A stretch of DNA of 64,000 bases. Source: a bacterium (GTDB lineage Bacteria > Zhuqueibacterota > Zhuqueibacteria > Residuimicrobiales > Krinioviventaceae). Location: contig CAXXMD010000002.1 of the NCBI GenBank assembly GCA_963675755.2, forward strand, positions 64,001 through 128,000, written 5' to 3'. The translations under genes were made by a program, and so were the position numbers. Shown piece after piece: positions 1 to 10,181 of this stretch. Position 1 is the stretch's first letter. The number at the start of each line of letters is the position of its first letter. The notes beneath the pieces are model-generated. The model did no database searches and had not been told where the DNA came from. It was given only the letters and a program-made list of their open reading frames with translations.

Positions 1-893
1 CCGGCCCGGATGGCAAAATTAACGAAGCAGACGATTTGGGCAATGCAACTGGTGATGATGTAATTATCGATTCAACTTATATCGGTTTTGGAACTTTACC
101 AGGTGTAACAGCAAATGGTCGTTTTGGAAAAACGTTTACCCATGATCTTTTGGCTCAATCCTATACGGTTTATATACGTACATGGAACGCTCCAACAATT
201 ACAGGCTTGACAGATGCTTATGGTAATTCTCCAATTCGCACTATGCAAAGTGATATTGACCATTTCAATTGCGGTGCTGTTAGATGTATTGAACGTACCA
301 GTACACCTGTAGAATTGACCAGCTTTACTGTAAATTCCGAACCCGGAAAAATGGTTTTAAATTGGGTAACCCAGTCTGAAACTGAAAACCTTGGATTTTA
401 CATCTATAGAAGTGAATCAATTGATGGTGAACGTGTGAATGTGACTGAATCCATGATTGATGGCGCCATTAACGCACAATCCAGAAATGATTACAGCTGG
501 ATTGATAACAGTATTGAAGATGGTGTTGTATACTATTACTGGCTGGTGGATGTGGCTACAACGGGTGAAACAAATTTTTCAGATTCTCAAAAAGCAATTG
601 GTATTGCCAAACCTGATCATTATGAATTAAGCCAGAATTATCCGAATCCATTTAACCCCAGAACCACAATTAAATATACTCTCAAAGATGACGGTCATGT
701 AGAACTCGCTATCTTTAATATTCGTGGTCAACTGGTACGCAGTCTGGTTAACAGTGAACAATCCGCAGGTGTTTATTCAAAGATTTGGGATGCCAAAGAT
801 GACAATGGTGTTTCATTGCCAAGCGGAATCTATTTTTACAGAATACGTTCTAACGAGTTTGAATCTATCAAAAAGATGTCCTTGACCAAGTAA
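1..893 (+). CDS. Secreted/surface protein with T9SS type A-like (FlgD-Ig) C-terminal sorting domain, 5'-partial
   Basis: Frame is open from the window edge (GPDGKINEADDLGNATGDD...). It has a PVELTSF linker, an Ig-like domain (WVTQSETENLGF...YYYWL) and a C-terminal 'LSQNYPNPFNP...SGIYFYRI...KKMSLTK'. Confidence 0.85.
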   Translation, partial: GPDGKINEADDLGNATGDDVIIDSTYIGFGTLPGVTANGRFGKTFTHDLLAQSYTVYIRTWNAPTITGLTDAYGNSPIRTMQSDIDHFNCGAVRCIERTSTPVELTSFTVNSEPGKMVLNWVTQSETENLGFYIYRSESIDGERVNVTESMIDGAINAQSRNDYSWIDNSIEDGVVYYYWLVDVATTGETNFSDSQKAIGIAKPDHYELSQNYPNPFNPRTTIKYTLKDDGHVELAIFNIRGQLVRSLVNSEQSAGVYSKIWDAKDDNGVSLPSGIYFYRIRSNEFESIKKMSLTK

Positions 894-905
894 CAGGTCT
901 TGGGC

Positions 906-944
906 ATTTTTACTAAAAATTTTTACTAAATATTTTTACTAAAT
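906..944. repeat. Three tandem 13-bp repeats ATTTTTACTAAAW upstream of wza
   Basis: atttttactaaaa (906-918), atttttactaaat (919-931), atttttactaaat (932-944). Confidence 0.85.
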
Positions 945-969
945 AATTTATTATTAAGCGGAACCGAAA

Positions 970-1728
970 ATGAAAACAGTACGAAATACAATCTCTCTGA
1001 TCTTGACCCTGGTGCTCTTGAGCGTGTTGACAGCTTGTTCGGTAAATCCTCCGGCAGATCCTCAGCAGCAAAAGGTACAGGGAAAGCATCGTACAGTTTT
1101 TAAAATGAAAGCACCGCAGAATAATATCACAGAATCCACATCATATCGTTTAGGATATGGTGACAGTATTGAAATAAAGTTTTTTAACAATCCGGAATAC
1201 AACGAAACCATTACAGTACGCCCTGATGGCCGAATCAGTTTGCAGCGGGTTGGTGATATATTTGTTATCCAGATGACACCAGCGGAATTGGATGACATCA
1301 TCACACAAACCTATAGCGAAATTCTGATTAATCCCGATGTTACCGTTTTTGTACGGGAATTTGGCGGCCAGGATGTATATGTTATGGGTGAAGTTGAAAA
1401 TCCGGGAGTATTCAAAGTAACAAAAGGTATGACCATGTTAAGGGCTATCGCCGCGGCAGGCGGGCCCAAGGGCGGTGCGGAGTTGGGTAGTGTCTTACTT
1501 ATCCGCAATGACGGACATAGTCGTGGTGAGGCTGTACGGGTGGATTTAGCATTGTCAACATTGCGTAAAAATCTTAATTATGATTTACCTGTTCAATCCT
1601 ATGATGTCGTTTTTGTACCACGAACGTTTATTGCGGATGTCAATTCTTTCGTAACACAGTTATATGATATTGCACTACCGCCATTCGACATTTGGTCCAG
1701 ATACAATTACTGGTATGGCTCAAAGTAA
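970..1728 (+). CDS. wza: Polysaccharide export outer-membrane lipoprotein (Wza/OPX; Poly_export + SLBB)
   Basis: Lipobox LTAC; 'YRLGYGDSIEI...VRPDGRISL' and 'VYVMGEVENPG...AIAAAGG' motifs. Confidence 0.9.
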   Translation: MKTVRNTISLILTLVLLSVLTACSVNPPADPQQQKVQGKHRTVFKMKAPQNNITESTSYRLGYGDSIEIKFFNNPEYNETITVRPDGRISLQRVGDIFVIQMTPAELDDIITQTYSEILINPDVTVFVREFGGQDVYVMGEVENPGVFKVTKGMTMLRAIAAAGGPKGGAELGSVLLIRNDGHSRGEAVRVDLALSTLRKNLNYDLPVQSYDVVFVPRTFIADVNSFVTQLYDIALPPFDIWSRYNYWYGSK

Positions 1729-1760
1729 CAGTTATTTGATCACTAAAAAGGATTGACAAC

Positions 1761-3287
1761 ATGATTGAGTACAGTCGATATGACAGTCCAATATCTCCAA
1801 CAAGTTTTATGAGTATATTGAACAAGCGGAAAAAGTTGATTATAACATTATTTGTTTTGGTTTTCACAAGTATTATTGCAGCATCCTTTGTTTTACCACC
1901 GGTTTATCGTTCAACTGCTAAATTGATGGTTAATTACCAGGGTGAAGATGAAAAGAGTTATATGTTGGGTATGGTTTCTTCAGGCAATCGGGCCCAATAT
2001 GATCGCATCGGTTCCGAGCTAGCAATTGTTAAAATGCACAGTATTCTTGAACCGGTTGTTAAGGAACTGGAAATGGATAAACCTGAAGAAAAAGATTTTT
2101 CATTATTAAGCACTCTGGGACTTGGGAACGAAGCAATTGCAGACGAGAATCCGGAAATGCTCCACAATCAGGCTGTTGTTCAACTTTCCAAAGATTTAAA
2201 TGTGGAACGAGAAAAAGACACCAATGTACTGGTTTTAACCTATGATGCAGATGACCCACAATATGCAGCAAATGTAGTAAAGCAAGTTGTGAGTGAATAT
2301 ATTGATCAACGTCCATTACTTGACAGAGATGACAGAGATTATGAATTTTATAATAAACAGATTACAGATATTGAAGAACGTATAGCTCAACTTGAACAGC
2401 AGGGAATGCAATACCGTAGTTATGAACGGTTATTACAACCAGATGAACAGACCAAGATTCTGGTTACATCAGCTGCTGATTTTGATAAAGAACTGACCAA
2501 AACCAGATCTGAACGAATTTCCAAAGAAGCAAGACTTGAAGTTATACGCGAACAATTAGCAAGTGGTACCCAGGCTATTACGTTTCCTAATATGGAATCG
2601 AGTGAAAAAGTTGGACGAATGGATTATCTGAATGAATTAAAGAAAACCAAACTTGAACTTGAACTTGAAAAAAGCGCCATGGCAAAAAAATACACAGATA
2701 AACATCCTGAAATGGTGCGAGTAACACAGGCAATAGAATCAACAAATATAAAAATACAGGCAGAGATCAATGAGTTTATTCGAGCTGAAGAAACAAGTGT
2801 GCGTGCTTTACGTGCAACAGAACAAGCTTTGGCTGGAAAAATGAACCAGGTTGTTAATTCTGTAGTGGATCTTTCCCGTCAGGAATATGAACTTGGTAAA
2901 TTGACCATTGGTATCGAAGATTTACGAGAAGTGCATTCTATGCTTATCCGTAAACGTGAAGAAGCAAGAATTGCAGCCAGCAAGCAGGAATATAATGTCA
3001 AAGTACGCGTGCTGGAACCTGCAATGACAGCTCCTCATCCTGTAAAACCGAACAAGGCTTTGTTTGCCGGACTGGCGGTGGTGTTAGGGATTATGATTTC
3101 CTTGGGCGGTGCGTTTTTTATCGAGATGTTTGACCACTCGGTAAATACAGTGGAAGATGCCCAACATTGTTTGGGGTTGCCTATTTTGGCTGCAATACCG
3201 GATTTTGATTCAAGACGTCTTGGAGACACAATGCAGTGTCTGCAAGCTCCCCGGTATTCAATGAATGAAATGGCAACGGTGGATTAA
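1761..3287 (+). CDS. Polysaccharide co-polymerase / chain-length determinant (GumC/Wzc membrane-periplasmic part, no kinase domain)
   Basis: N-terminal TM followed by 'PPVYRSTA', long coiled coil, 'YTDKHPEM', 'PHPVKPNK' before the second TM, 'LGLPILAAIP'. Confidence 0.88.
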   Translation: MIEYSRYDSPISPTSFMSILNKRKKLIITLFVLVFTSIIAASFVLPPVYRSTAKLMVNYQGEDEKSYMLGMVSSGNRAQYDRIGSELAIVKMHSILEPVVKELEMDKPEEKDFSLLSTLGLGNEAIADENPEMLHNQAVVQLSKDLNVEREKDTNVLVLTYDADDPQYAANVVKQVVSEYIDQRPLLDRDDRDYEFYNKQITDIEERIAQLEQQGMQYRSYERLLQPDEQTKILVTSAADFDKELTKTRSERISKEARLEVIREQLASGTQAITFPNMESSEKVGRMDYLNELKKTKLELELEKSAMAKKYTDKHPEMVRVTQAIESTNIKIQAEINEFIRAEETSVRALRATEQALAGKMNQVVNSVVDLSRQEYELGKLTIGIEDLREVHSMLIRKREEARIAASKQEYNVKVRVLEPAMTAPHPVKPNKALFAGLAVVLGIMISLGGAFFIEMFDHSVNTVEDAQHCLGLPILAAIPDFDSRRLGDTMQCLQAPRYSMNEMATVD

Positions 3288-3310
3288 TTAAAACCTTTTT
3301 GGAGGAAAAA

Positions 3311-3523
3311 ATGAGAAATCAATTGAAAATTAAAAGATGGGAAGCCGGATTAAAACAATATGAACTGGCATTTCTGCTGGGTTGCAGCTCTACATATCTT
3401 TCAATGGTAGAGAATAATCGAATTGAAGCAACTGTCGAATTTAAACGCAAAGTTTCAGAGATTTTCAATGTCAGTATTGGCGAGATTTTCCATGAAAATA
3501 TCAATACAGCGGCAATGGCTTAA
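3311..3523 (+). CDS. XRE-family helix-turn-helix protein
   Basis: GGAGG RBS at 3301; 'LKQYELAFLLGCSSTYLSMVENN' is an HTH_3 pattern. Confidence 0.85.
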   Translation: MRNQLKIKRWEAGLKQYELAFLLGCSSTYLSMVENNRIEATVEFKRKVSEIFNVSIGEIFHENINTAAMA

Positions 3524-3554
3524 TTGGATATAATAATTGAATAACGGAATGGCC

Positions 3555-4541
3555 ATGTATACTAAATATTTTAAATTAAAAGAAGAACCTTTTACAACGA
3601 CTCCGGATCCCCGCTTTTTATATGAAAGCGAAATGCACCAGGAAGCTCTTGATCGCCTGATGATGGGTATTACCAGCAGACGCGGTATTAATGCTATTGT
3701 AGCTGAACCCGGTTTAGGGAAAAGCACAATAATCAGAACGCTTTTAAACGGTTTAAATAAAAAAGTCCATTTTGCATGGGTATTCAATACCACGATGGAT
3801 ATTAAAAATCTGATCAAATACATTTGCCAGGATTTTGGTTTTAAACCCAAGAGTGATGATTTGAGTGAAATTCTTTTAGAGTTTTATACCTTTTTGGTCA
3901 AAGATTATCAAAAAGGGAATATACCCCTGTTAATAATTGATGAAGCACAAAATCTGAAAGCAGATGTGCTTGAAGAGATTCGTCAACTTTCGAACCTGGA
4001 AACCATGCAGAATAAATTATTACAGATCATTCTGTCTGGCCAACCTCAGCTCGATGTTACATTGGATTCTCCGGAATTGCAGCAATTAAAACAGCGGATA
4101 TCCTTAAAAGCCATTCTTCGTCGTTTGGATTATAATGATACTGTTCAATATATACAGCATCGCTTAAAAGTTGCCGGCGCAAAACGAGATGATATTTTTA
4201 CCGAAGCGTCTATGAAAATGATCAAAAAGATTTCCGATGGTGTTCCCAGACTGATTAACCAGGTGTGTGATAACGCACTCATGCTTGCGGCCCGTCGTGA
4301 TATGCATAAAGTTGATTCCATTTTGATAGCAGAATTGTTTGAAAAAGGAATGGTTATGGCCGCTGGCCCGGAACCAGTAACTTCTCGTTCAAACCTTACT
4401 GCTCTCAAGCAACGCAAACATGCAGAGACTGAAAATACACATCCACATCCCCAAACTATTGTTAAACCGCTTCCAAATATAATGGAATCGATTTCAGATG
4501 AATTTGGCGGATTGGACCTGAACCGATTAACAATAAACTGA
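3555..4541 (+). CDS. ExeA/GspA-like AAA ATPase
   Basis: 'MYTKYFKLKEEPFTTTPDPRF', Walker A AEPGLGKST, Walker B LLIIDEAQNL, 'GQPQL', 'GVPRLINQVCDNAL'. Start could be 3549. Confidence 0.9.
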   Translation: MYTKYFKLKEEPFTTTPDPRFLYESEMHQEALDRLMMGITSRRGINAIVAEPGLGKSTIIRTLLNGLNKKVHFAWVFNTTMDIKNLIKYICQDFGFKPKSDDLSEILLEFYTFLVKDYQKGNIPLLIIDEAQNLKADVLEEIRQLSNLETMQNKLLQIILSGQPQLDVTLDSPELQQLKQRISLKAILRRLDYNDTVQYIQHRLKVAGAKRDDIFTEASMKMIKKISDGVPRLINQVCDNALMLAARRDMHKVDSILIAELFEKGMVMAAGPEPVTSRSNLTALKQRKHAETENTHPHPQTIVKPLPNIMESISDEFGGLDLNRLTIN

Positions 4542-4558
4542 TTTTTTGAGGTGCCAGA

Positions 4559-5452
4559 ATGAGCGTTGTCCATGAATTGTTGTGTCAGATCGAAGAAAAG
4601 GAAAATTTACAATATTTCCGTCAACCTGCACCTGTAGAGACCACTACAGATAATGGTTTGTTTGTATTTGATCTGCCCAAAGAGATCATTAATGATTTTT
4701 ACGGTCTCAAGGAATATGTCCGTATCGCCAATCGTGGTGGCAACGTTAGGGTATTGTCTATTACAAGTTCTACATATGGTGAAGGTGCCTCAACCATAGC
4801 AACATATCTAAGTTTTTTAATGGCCGGTGGTCTGGTTAAACAACCAGCGGTTCCTGCTACACAACAGGAAAACAATTCACTGTTTAATGACAGCTTGCGC
4901 GCACTTGTAAATCACAACCGCAAATCTAATGTTGTACCCATGGACAGTGAACCTACAAACTCGAGATTTTCAAGCAGAGATGATATATTACTCATCGATG
5001 CAAATCTTGAACAGCCCGGTCTGCACCGATATTTCGGATTACCTGATGAGATGGGCCTGGGCGAAATTATTGAACAAAATCAGGACTGGAAAGAATATGT
5101 CCGGTCTGTTGATAATAGTAATTTAAAGATCATCACTGCGGGCAGTGCTGAATCTAAATCCATCGAATTGTTAAGCTCTGACCGGTTCCGTGCTCTGGTA
5201 CGTCAGTGGCGTAATACTTTTAAATATGTAATTATTGATACACCCCCTGTACTGAACTCTATTGAATCTCTTAGTATTGCTTCAGTATCTGATGGTGTAA
5301 TTCTGATCGTTTGTGCCGGTCAAACCCGTTGGGAAAACGCACAAACTGCAAAAATGAAATTAATGTCTGCAAAAGCAAATGTACTGGGAGTTGCCCTCAA
5401 TCGCCGCAAGATGGATATTCCTGATGGACTCTATAAACGACTGGTTTCATAG
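4559..5452 (+). CDS. CpsD/CapB-family BY-kinase homolog with degenerate Walker A
   Basis: 'ITSSTYGEGASTIA', 'LLIDANL', 'IIDTPP', 'VLGVALN'. Confidence 0.85.
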   Translation: MSVVHELLCQIEEKENLQYFRQPAPVETTTDNGLFVFDLPKEIINDFYGLKEYVRIANRGGNVRVLSITSSTYGEGASTIATYLSFLMAGGLVKQPAVPATQQENNSLFNDSLRALVNHNRKSNVVPMDSEPTNSRFSSRDDILLIDANLEQPGLHRYFGLPDEMGLGEIIEQNQDWKEYVRSVDNSNLKIITAGSAESKSIELLSSDRFRALVRQWRNTFKYVIIDTPPVLNSIESLSIASVSDGVILIVCAGQTRWENAQTAKMKLMSAKANVLGVALNRRKMDIPDGLYKRLVS

Positions 5453-5458
5453 GGGGGA

Positions 5459-6949
5459 ATGGTGGTATCGGCTTCTCAAAATGTCTATTCTTCTCGGAGT
5501 AATCCGGTTCCAATAATCATAACAGTTGCGTTACTGGGTGTAATCCTTTCTGTATGGGCTGTTTGGGCCCTTGATTTCAAATGGGCAGTATTTACAGTTA
5601 TGGGTGTTTTGTTCCCGTTTGCAATGGCAATTGTGGGCAAAGCGAGACGTTTTGTGCTGGCATTATTGGTTTTTACAATTCCCCTGAATATCGATTATAA
5701 TATCCTGTTTCATCCCAGTCCCGGTGGTGCGAATGCGTTCACCATTGGTTTGACTGATATTTTTCTGTTTGTCTTGATTTGTATTACCCTTGTAAATCTG
5801 TTAAAATATAAACATGAATTATATTTTTCTTTTTTCCCCGCAATATCATTACCCGTTTTAGGGTTGTTTGTATTTTATCTGATTTCCATGATCAATTCGC
5901 GCGACCTGTTGTGGAGCGCTTTTGATATGTTTAGCCTGTTCAAAGTCTGGTTGTTTTTTCTTTTTGTTGCCAATAATCTTGAGAATAAAAGCGATGTAAA
6001 GCTGGTTATTGCGGCATTGTCATTCGGATTATTGTTGCAGGCCTTTTTTGTAACTCTCCAGTTTTTTAACGGACAAAGTATGCTCAATATGCTGGGTCTG
6101 GGAGCATCATCTAAAATGCTGGCTTTTGAGATGCAGTCCTCTATGGTAAACCGACCAGGTGGTACCGTTGGGCATTGTAATCACCTTGCCCGCTATATTG
6201 GCTTGTTATTGCCTTTAACACTTGTGCTTGCTTTGGTTAGTTATCGCCGCTCATGGCGGTGGTTCATGTCTATTGTTACACTAGCGGGTGTAATTGCCAT
6301 GATCTTTACACTGACACGTAGTTCATGGATCGGCTTGTTGGGATCTGTGATGGTTATGGTGCCGGTTCTGTTTGTTTGGCGACTTGTTAATTTTAGAACC
6401 ATAACAGCCATGTTTGCTGTTTCTATTTTGTTCCTGTTGGTCATTTTTGCTTTCAAGGATGTGATATGGGGACGTATAACTTCTGATGATCTGGGTTCAG
6501 CAAAAACCCGTTTAACCACTGCCAAAGTTGCGTTCAATATAATCAAAGATCATCCTTTTATTGGTGTTGGAATTAATAACTATGGCTCTGTTCTAGAGCA
6601 ATATTGGGATGCTGAAGATACATTTACCCGTAGAGCAGCCGTACATAATACCTATTTATTGTATATGGCTGAAATTGGACTTTTGGGATTTGCAGTTTAT
6701 TTGTGGCTGCTAGTTGCTTTTTTTGCAAGAATTAAGACTGCAATAAAAAGTAGAATTAAATATTTTTCTGCTGTGGCAATTGGAATTTTGGGAAGCTTTA
6801 TTGGATTTTTAATTATGGCATTTCCTGACAAAAGTTACAAGGAAAACATAACGCTTTTACTTGTATTTTTTGCCCTGGCTGCTATAATTGAAGGTATGAA
6901 CCGAATTTCATCGCAAAATGAAATGACTCATGTGTTAGCAGAGAGATAA
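5459..6949 (+). CDS. O-antigen ligase/polymerase family (Wzy_C) membrane protein
   Basis: Many TM segments; 'TLTRSSWIG', 'HPFIGVGINNY', 'VHNTYLLYMAEIGLLG'. Confidence 0.88.
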   Translation: MVVSASQNVYSSRSNPVPIIITVALLGVILSVWAVWALDFKWAVFTVMGVLFPFAMAIVGKARRFVLALLVFTIPLNIDYNILFHPSPGGANAFTIGLTDIFLFVLICITLVNLLKYKHELYFSFFPAISLPVLGLFVFYLISMINSRDLLWSAFDMFSLFKVWLFFLFVANNLENKSDVKLVIAALSFGLLLQAFFVTLQFFNGQSMLNMLGLGASSKMLAFEMQSSMVNRPGGTVGHCNHLARYIGLLLPLTLVLALVSYRRSWRWFMSIVTLAGVIAMIFTLTRSSWIGLLGSVMVMVPVLFVWRLVNFRTITAMFAVSILFLLVIFAFKDVIWGRITSDDLGSAKTRLTTAKVAFNIIKDHPFIGVGINNYGSVLEQYWDAEDTFTRRAAVHNTYLLYMAEIGLLGFAVYLWLLVAFFARIKTAIKSRIKYFSAVAIGILGSFIGFLIMAFPDKSYKENITLLLVFFALAAIIEGMNRISSQNEMTHVLAER

Positions 6950-6953
6950 TTGA

Positions 6954-7754
6954 ATGAATTCTCAAGACATTGCAGGCTTTATCGGAAATAACAGTCTATT
7001 AAGACGTTTGGCTTTTATTGCAGTGCATTTGACAACTTTGCGTGAATGGTATTTACGCAAAAAATTGAAACAAACTTTGACAAATTCATTTACTTTTCTG
7101 GATGCCGGAAGTGGAATGGGACAACATGCAGTTTGGATTGCTGAAAATTATCCAAAATCACAGGTTTTGGGAATTGATACTGATAGCAGACAAATTGAAG
7201 ATTGCCGACGTTTTGCAACAAGAAACAATATCCCTAATCTGGCTTTTGAGTCCGGTAGTCTTGATGAGGTAAAACTGGATACAGAATTTGACCATGTTCT
7301 TTGTGCAAGTGTTTTAGAACATATCGAGAACGATGATAAAGTTTTAAAATCCTTTTACAAAATTTTAAAACCCAATGGTACCCTGATTGTTTATGTACCT
7401 GTTTCTGAAAAGCGGGTTTTAAAAAGTTTGGAAAGAAAAATAAACAAAATAACAGAACAGGCAAATGCAAAATACCCGCATGAGCATGTGCGTTATTACA
7501 AACCCAATGAATTGTTGGATAAATTAATGAATAACGGCTTTAAAATTAAAACAAATCAACATACATATGGCACATTTGGCAGATGGTCTTATGATATTGT
7601 TACAACTGTACAATACAGTCGTTTTTTTAAATTGATTTTTCCTTTTTACTTTATACTGGTGCATCCATTTGTGATGCTCCTCATGTGGCTGGATATGCGT
7701 TCCGAAAACCTGGATGGGAATGGGTTGTTGGTAGTGGCGGAAAAGGTGATATGA
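6954..7754 (+). CDS. Class I SAM-dependent methyltransferase
   Basis: 'FLDAGSGMG' motif I; 'FDHVLCASVLEHI'; 'LKPNG'. Confidence 0.88.
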   Translation: MNSQDIAGFIGNNSLLRRLAFIAVHLTTLREWYLRKKLKQTLTNSFTFLDAGSGMGQHAVWIAENYPKSQVLGIDTDSRQIEDCRRFATRNNIPNLAFESGSLDEVKLDTEFDHVLCASVLEHIENDDKVLKSFYKILKPNGTLIVYVPVSEKRVLKSLERKINKITEQANAKYPHEHVRYYKPNELLDKLMNNGFKIKTNQHTYGTFGRWSYDIVTTVQYSRFFKLIFPFYFILVHPFVMLLMWLDMRSENLDGNGLLVVAEKVI

Positions 7755-9178
7755 ATTATTTAAACTCGATAATTTCAAATACTGTTGCGCGTGGGTTAAC
7801 CGAATTGGTGAACCGTGCAGGCGGTGCTGTGTTTTGGGTGATGGTGGCACGCTATCTCGGTATTTCAGGTTTAGGAACGCTGGCCTATGCTTTATCCTTA
7901 TTTTCTTTATTCTCAACCTTGTCATCTATGGGACTGGGCAACGTAGCTGTTCGTGACATTGCCAAAGATAAAACCAAAGCGGGTGTTTATTTTGGTCAGG
8001 GCCTTTTGCTGGGTTTGGGACTCTCTTTGTTATTTGCAGGTTTAATGATTACCACCAGTCTTGTTCTGAAACCTGGAGAATATTCTATTTTTGCTTCTAT
8101 AGCTATGGCTATTGCTATTTTCCCTGCTTCAGGATTCTACTGGAGTAAAACCATGCTTAGCGCTGCTGAAAAGATGGGTTACATTGCCATTGCACGCGCG
8201 CTTGAAAACAGTTTCAAAGTAATTGTGGGTTTGATTATGATCCTTGCTGGCGCCGGAATTAAAGAACTGGTGCTGGTAATTGTTTTCAGCAAAGTTATTT
8301 CTTTTGCTGTTTGTTTTGCATTTGCAAGTGACAAAGTTGCCCGTCCAGTTTGGCGTTCAGACAAAGAGGTATTGGGCCATTTGATCAAGCATGCTCCGTC
8401 ATTTTCTCTTATCAATTTGTTCAACAGTTTATTCTGGTCAATATCTGTTTTACTGCTTACATCTCTTCGTGGTGAAGCTGAGGCAGGTATTTTTAGTGCG
8501 GCTTTTAAATTGGTAGAGATATGTATTGCATTGGCCCTTGCGTATGGACAGGCATTCTTTCCGGTTATATCTCGAATTTCCCGTTCGGAAAGAGAACTGT
8601 TTCAACAGCTATTCCAAAAGTCTATTAAATTTATTACCATTGCCACTCTGGCGGTTGCAGGAATTATGCAGGTGATTGCACCTCAGTTGATTACACTTTT
8701 CTATGGCCCGGGTATGGACAGGGCGGTACCTGTATTACAGGTTTTAATCTGGTTGATTGTTCCTTTTGGTATTATTCCGGTTATGGCTTTTACGCTCATT
8801 AGTATTAATCAGCAAAAATTTGACCTGGTTGCCAATATTTCCGGTACTATGATATTATTTGTTACAAGCATGATCATTGTTCCGGTTTCGGGAGCTTTGG
8901 GCGCTGCTATTTCCATAGTTATTGCAGGATTTGTATTTTTGGCCGCTGAACTGTTTGGTCTTTCCAGTAAATTCTATCGCTTACAAAATGCTGTTGAATG
9001 GCTCAAACCTCTGCCAGGTTTATTGTTGATGTGGAGTATTGCTTTTATATTAAAAGATTATCAGGTTTGGCTTGCCATGTTTAGTGGCGCGGTTATGTAT
9101 GTAATTTATTTGTGGTTGAGTAAAACAGTTACGCAACCTGAAATTTTATACTTAAAAAAATGGGTTTCTGTCCGATAA
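7751..9178 (+). CDS. wzx: Wzx-type flippase (polysaccharide biosynthesis transporter)
   Basis: About 14 TM segments; 'ARYLG..G', 'EAGIFSAAFKL'. ATG at 7751 overlaps the upstream stop (ATGA). Confidence 0.85.
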   Translation: MNYLNSIISNTVARGLTELVNRAGGAVFWVMVARYLGISGLGTLAYALSLFSLFSTLSSMGLGNVAVRDIAKDKTKAGVYFGQGLLLGLGLSLLFAGLMITTSLVLKPGEYSIFASIAMAIAIFPASGFYWSKTMLSAAEKMGYIAIARALENSFKVIVGLIMILAGAGIKELVLVIVFSKVISFAVCFAFASDKVARPVWRSDKEVLGHLIKHAPSFSLINLFNSLFWSISVLLLTSLRGEAEAGIFSAAFKLVEICIALALAYGQAFFPVISRISRSERELFQQLFQKSIKFITIATLAVAGIMQVIAPQLITLFYGPGMDRAVPVLQVLIWLIVPFGIIPVMAFTLISINQQKFDLVANISGTMILFVTSMIIVPVSGALGAAISIVIAGFVFLAAELFGLSSKFYRLQNAVEWLKPLPGLLLMWSIAFILKDYQVWLAMFSGAVMYVIYLWLSKTVTQPEILYLKKWVSVR

Positions 9179-9188
9179 TAATAATGAA

Positions 9189-10181
9189 ATGATGAACGAT
9201 AATGCTAAAATATTGCCCAGGATCTCTGTTATCATTCCGGTACGTAACCGGGATGATGTCATTCTAAGGACTCTGAATGCACTTGAAAATCAGGATTATG
9301 ATCAATCGCTTTATCAGGTGATTGTTGTGGATGATGCTTCAACAGATGAAACACTGGACCAGTTGATTGCTTTTTCGGCAGATACCCGAATTGATTTTAA
9401 AATCATTCAGGGACCCGGTAAAGGTGCGGGATACGCTCGCAATCTTGCCATGGAACATGCACAAGGTGAAATATTATTGTTTCTGGATGGTGATACAATA
9501 CCGGAATTGGATCTGGTGAGAAAACATGTTGAGCTGCATGAACAGCATTATCATCCGGTATGCATTATGGGACGTGTTGATATGTCTCTCGAACTTGACA
9601 ATCATCGTCAGTACCGATTATTCGATACAGAAATGCCTTTTCATTCTGATAAAATGCAGCGGGTAGATTGGCAAATGTACCGGGCTGCAAATACATCTAT
9701 AACCTGGTCTGCCATTCACAGTATTGGTGGTTTTGATCTGGAATTAAAAGCTGCCGAAGATACTGAATTGGCCTGGCGTTTGAACGATAAAGGGATTCCA
9801 ATATATTATTATAATTCACTGGTTTGTATGCATCACCATCCCATTGATGTTGAAGGATATATGGAAAAAGGTGCCATGTATGGCCTTGCGGTAGGTGTCT
9901 GGTATAAAAAAGCCCCTGAAATACGCCGTGAATTGGTATCCCGATATGGTGTTACCGCACCGGAATTGACAGTATTTAGAAAGTTGAAACATACCTTTAG
10001 AAGTGTATTTATTAATCGATATACATTCCCTTTGATTGTTAAATCAGGAAAGATAATGCGAAAAATCTGGTTAAAGGGATCAGAAATTTTATTAAAGAGT
10101 GCTTTTCGGTTCAATACCCGAAAAGCTTTTGCAAATTATGTTTTTTCGAATACGGGTAATATAGCGGCGGGGAGGTCGTGA
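9189..10181 (+). CDS. Glycosyltransferase family 2
   Basis: 'ISVIIPVRN', 'VVDDASTD', 'ARN', 'FLDGD', 'GGFD...EDTEL'. Confidence 0.92.
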   Translation: MMNDNAKILPRISVIIPVRNRDDVILRTLNALENQDYDQSLYQVIVVDDASTDETLDQLIAFSADTRIDFKIIQGPGKGAGYARNLAMEHAQGEILLFLDGDTIPELDLVRKHVELHEQHYHPVCIMGRVDMSLELDNHRQYRLFDTEMPFHSDKMQRVDWQMYRAANTSITWSAIHSIGGFDLELKAAEDTELAWRLNDKGIPIYYYNSLVCMHHHPIDVEGYMEKGAMYGLAVGVWYKKAPEIRRELVSRYGVTAPELTVFRKLKHTFRSVFINRYTFPLIVKSGKIMRKIWLKGSEILLKSAFRFNTRKAFANYVFSNTGNIAAGRS

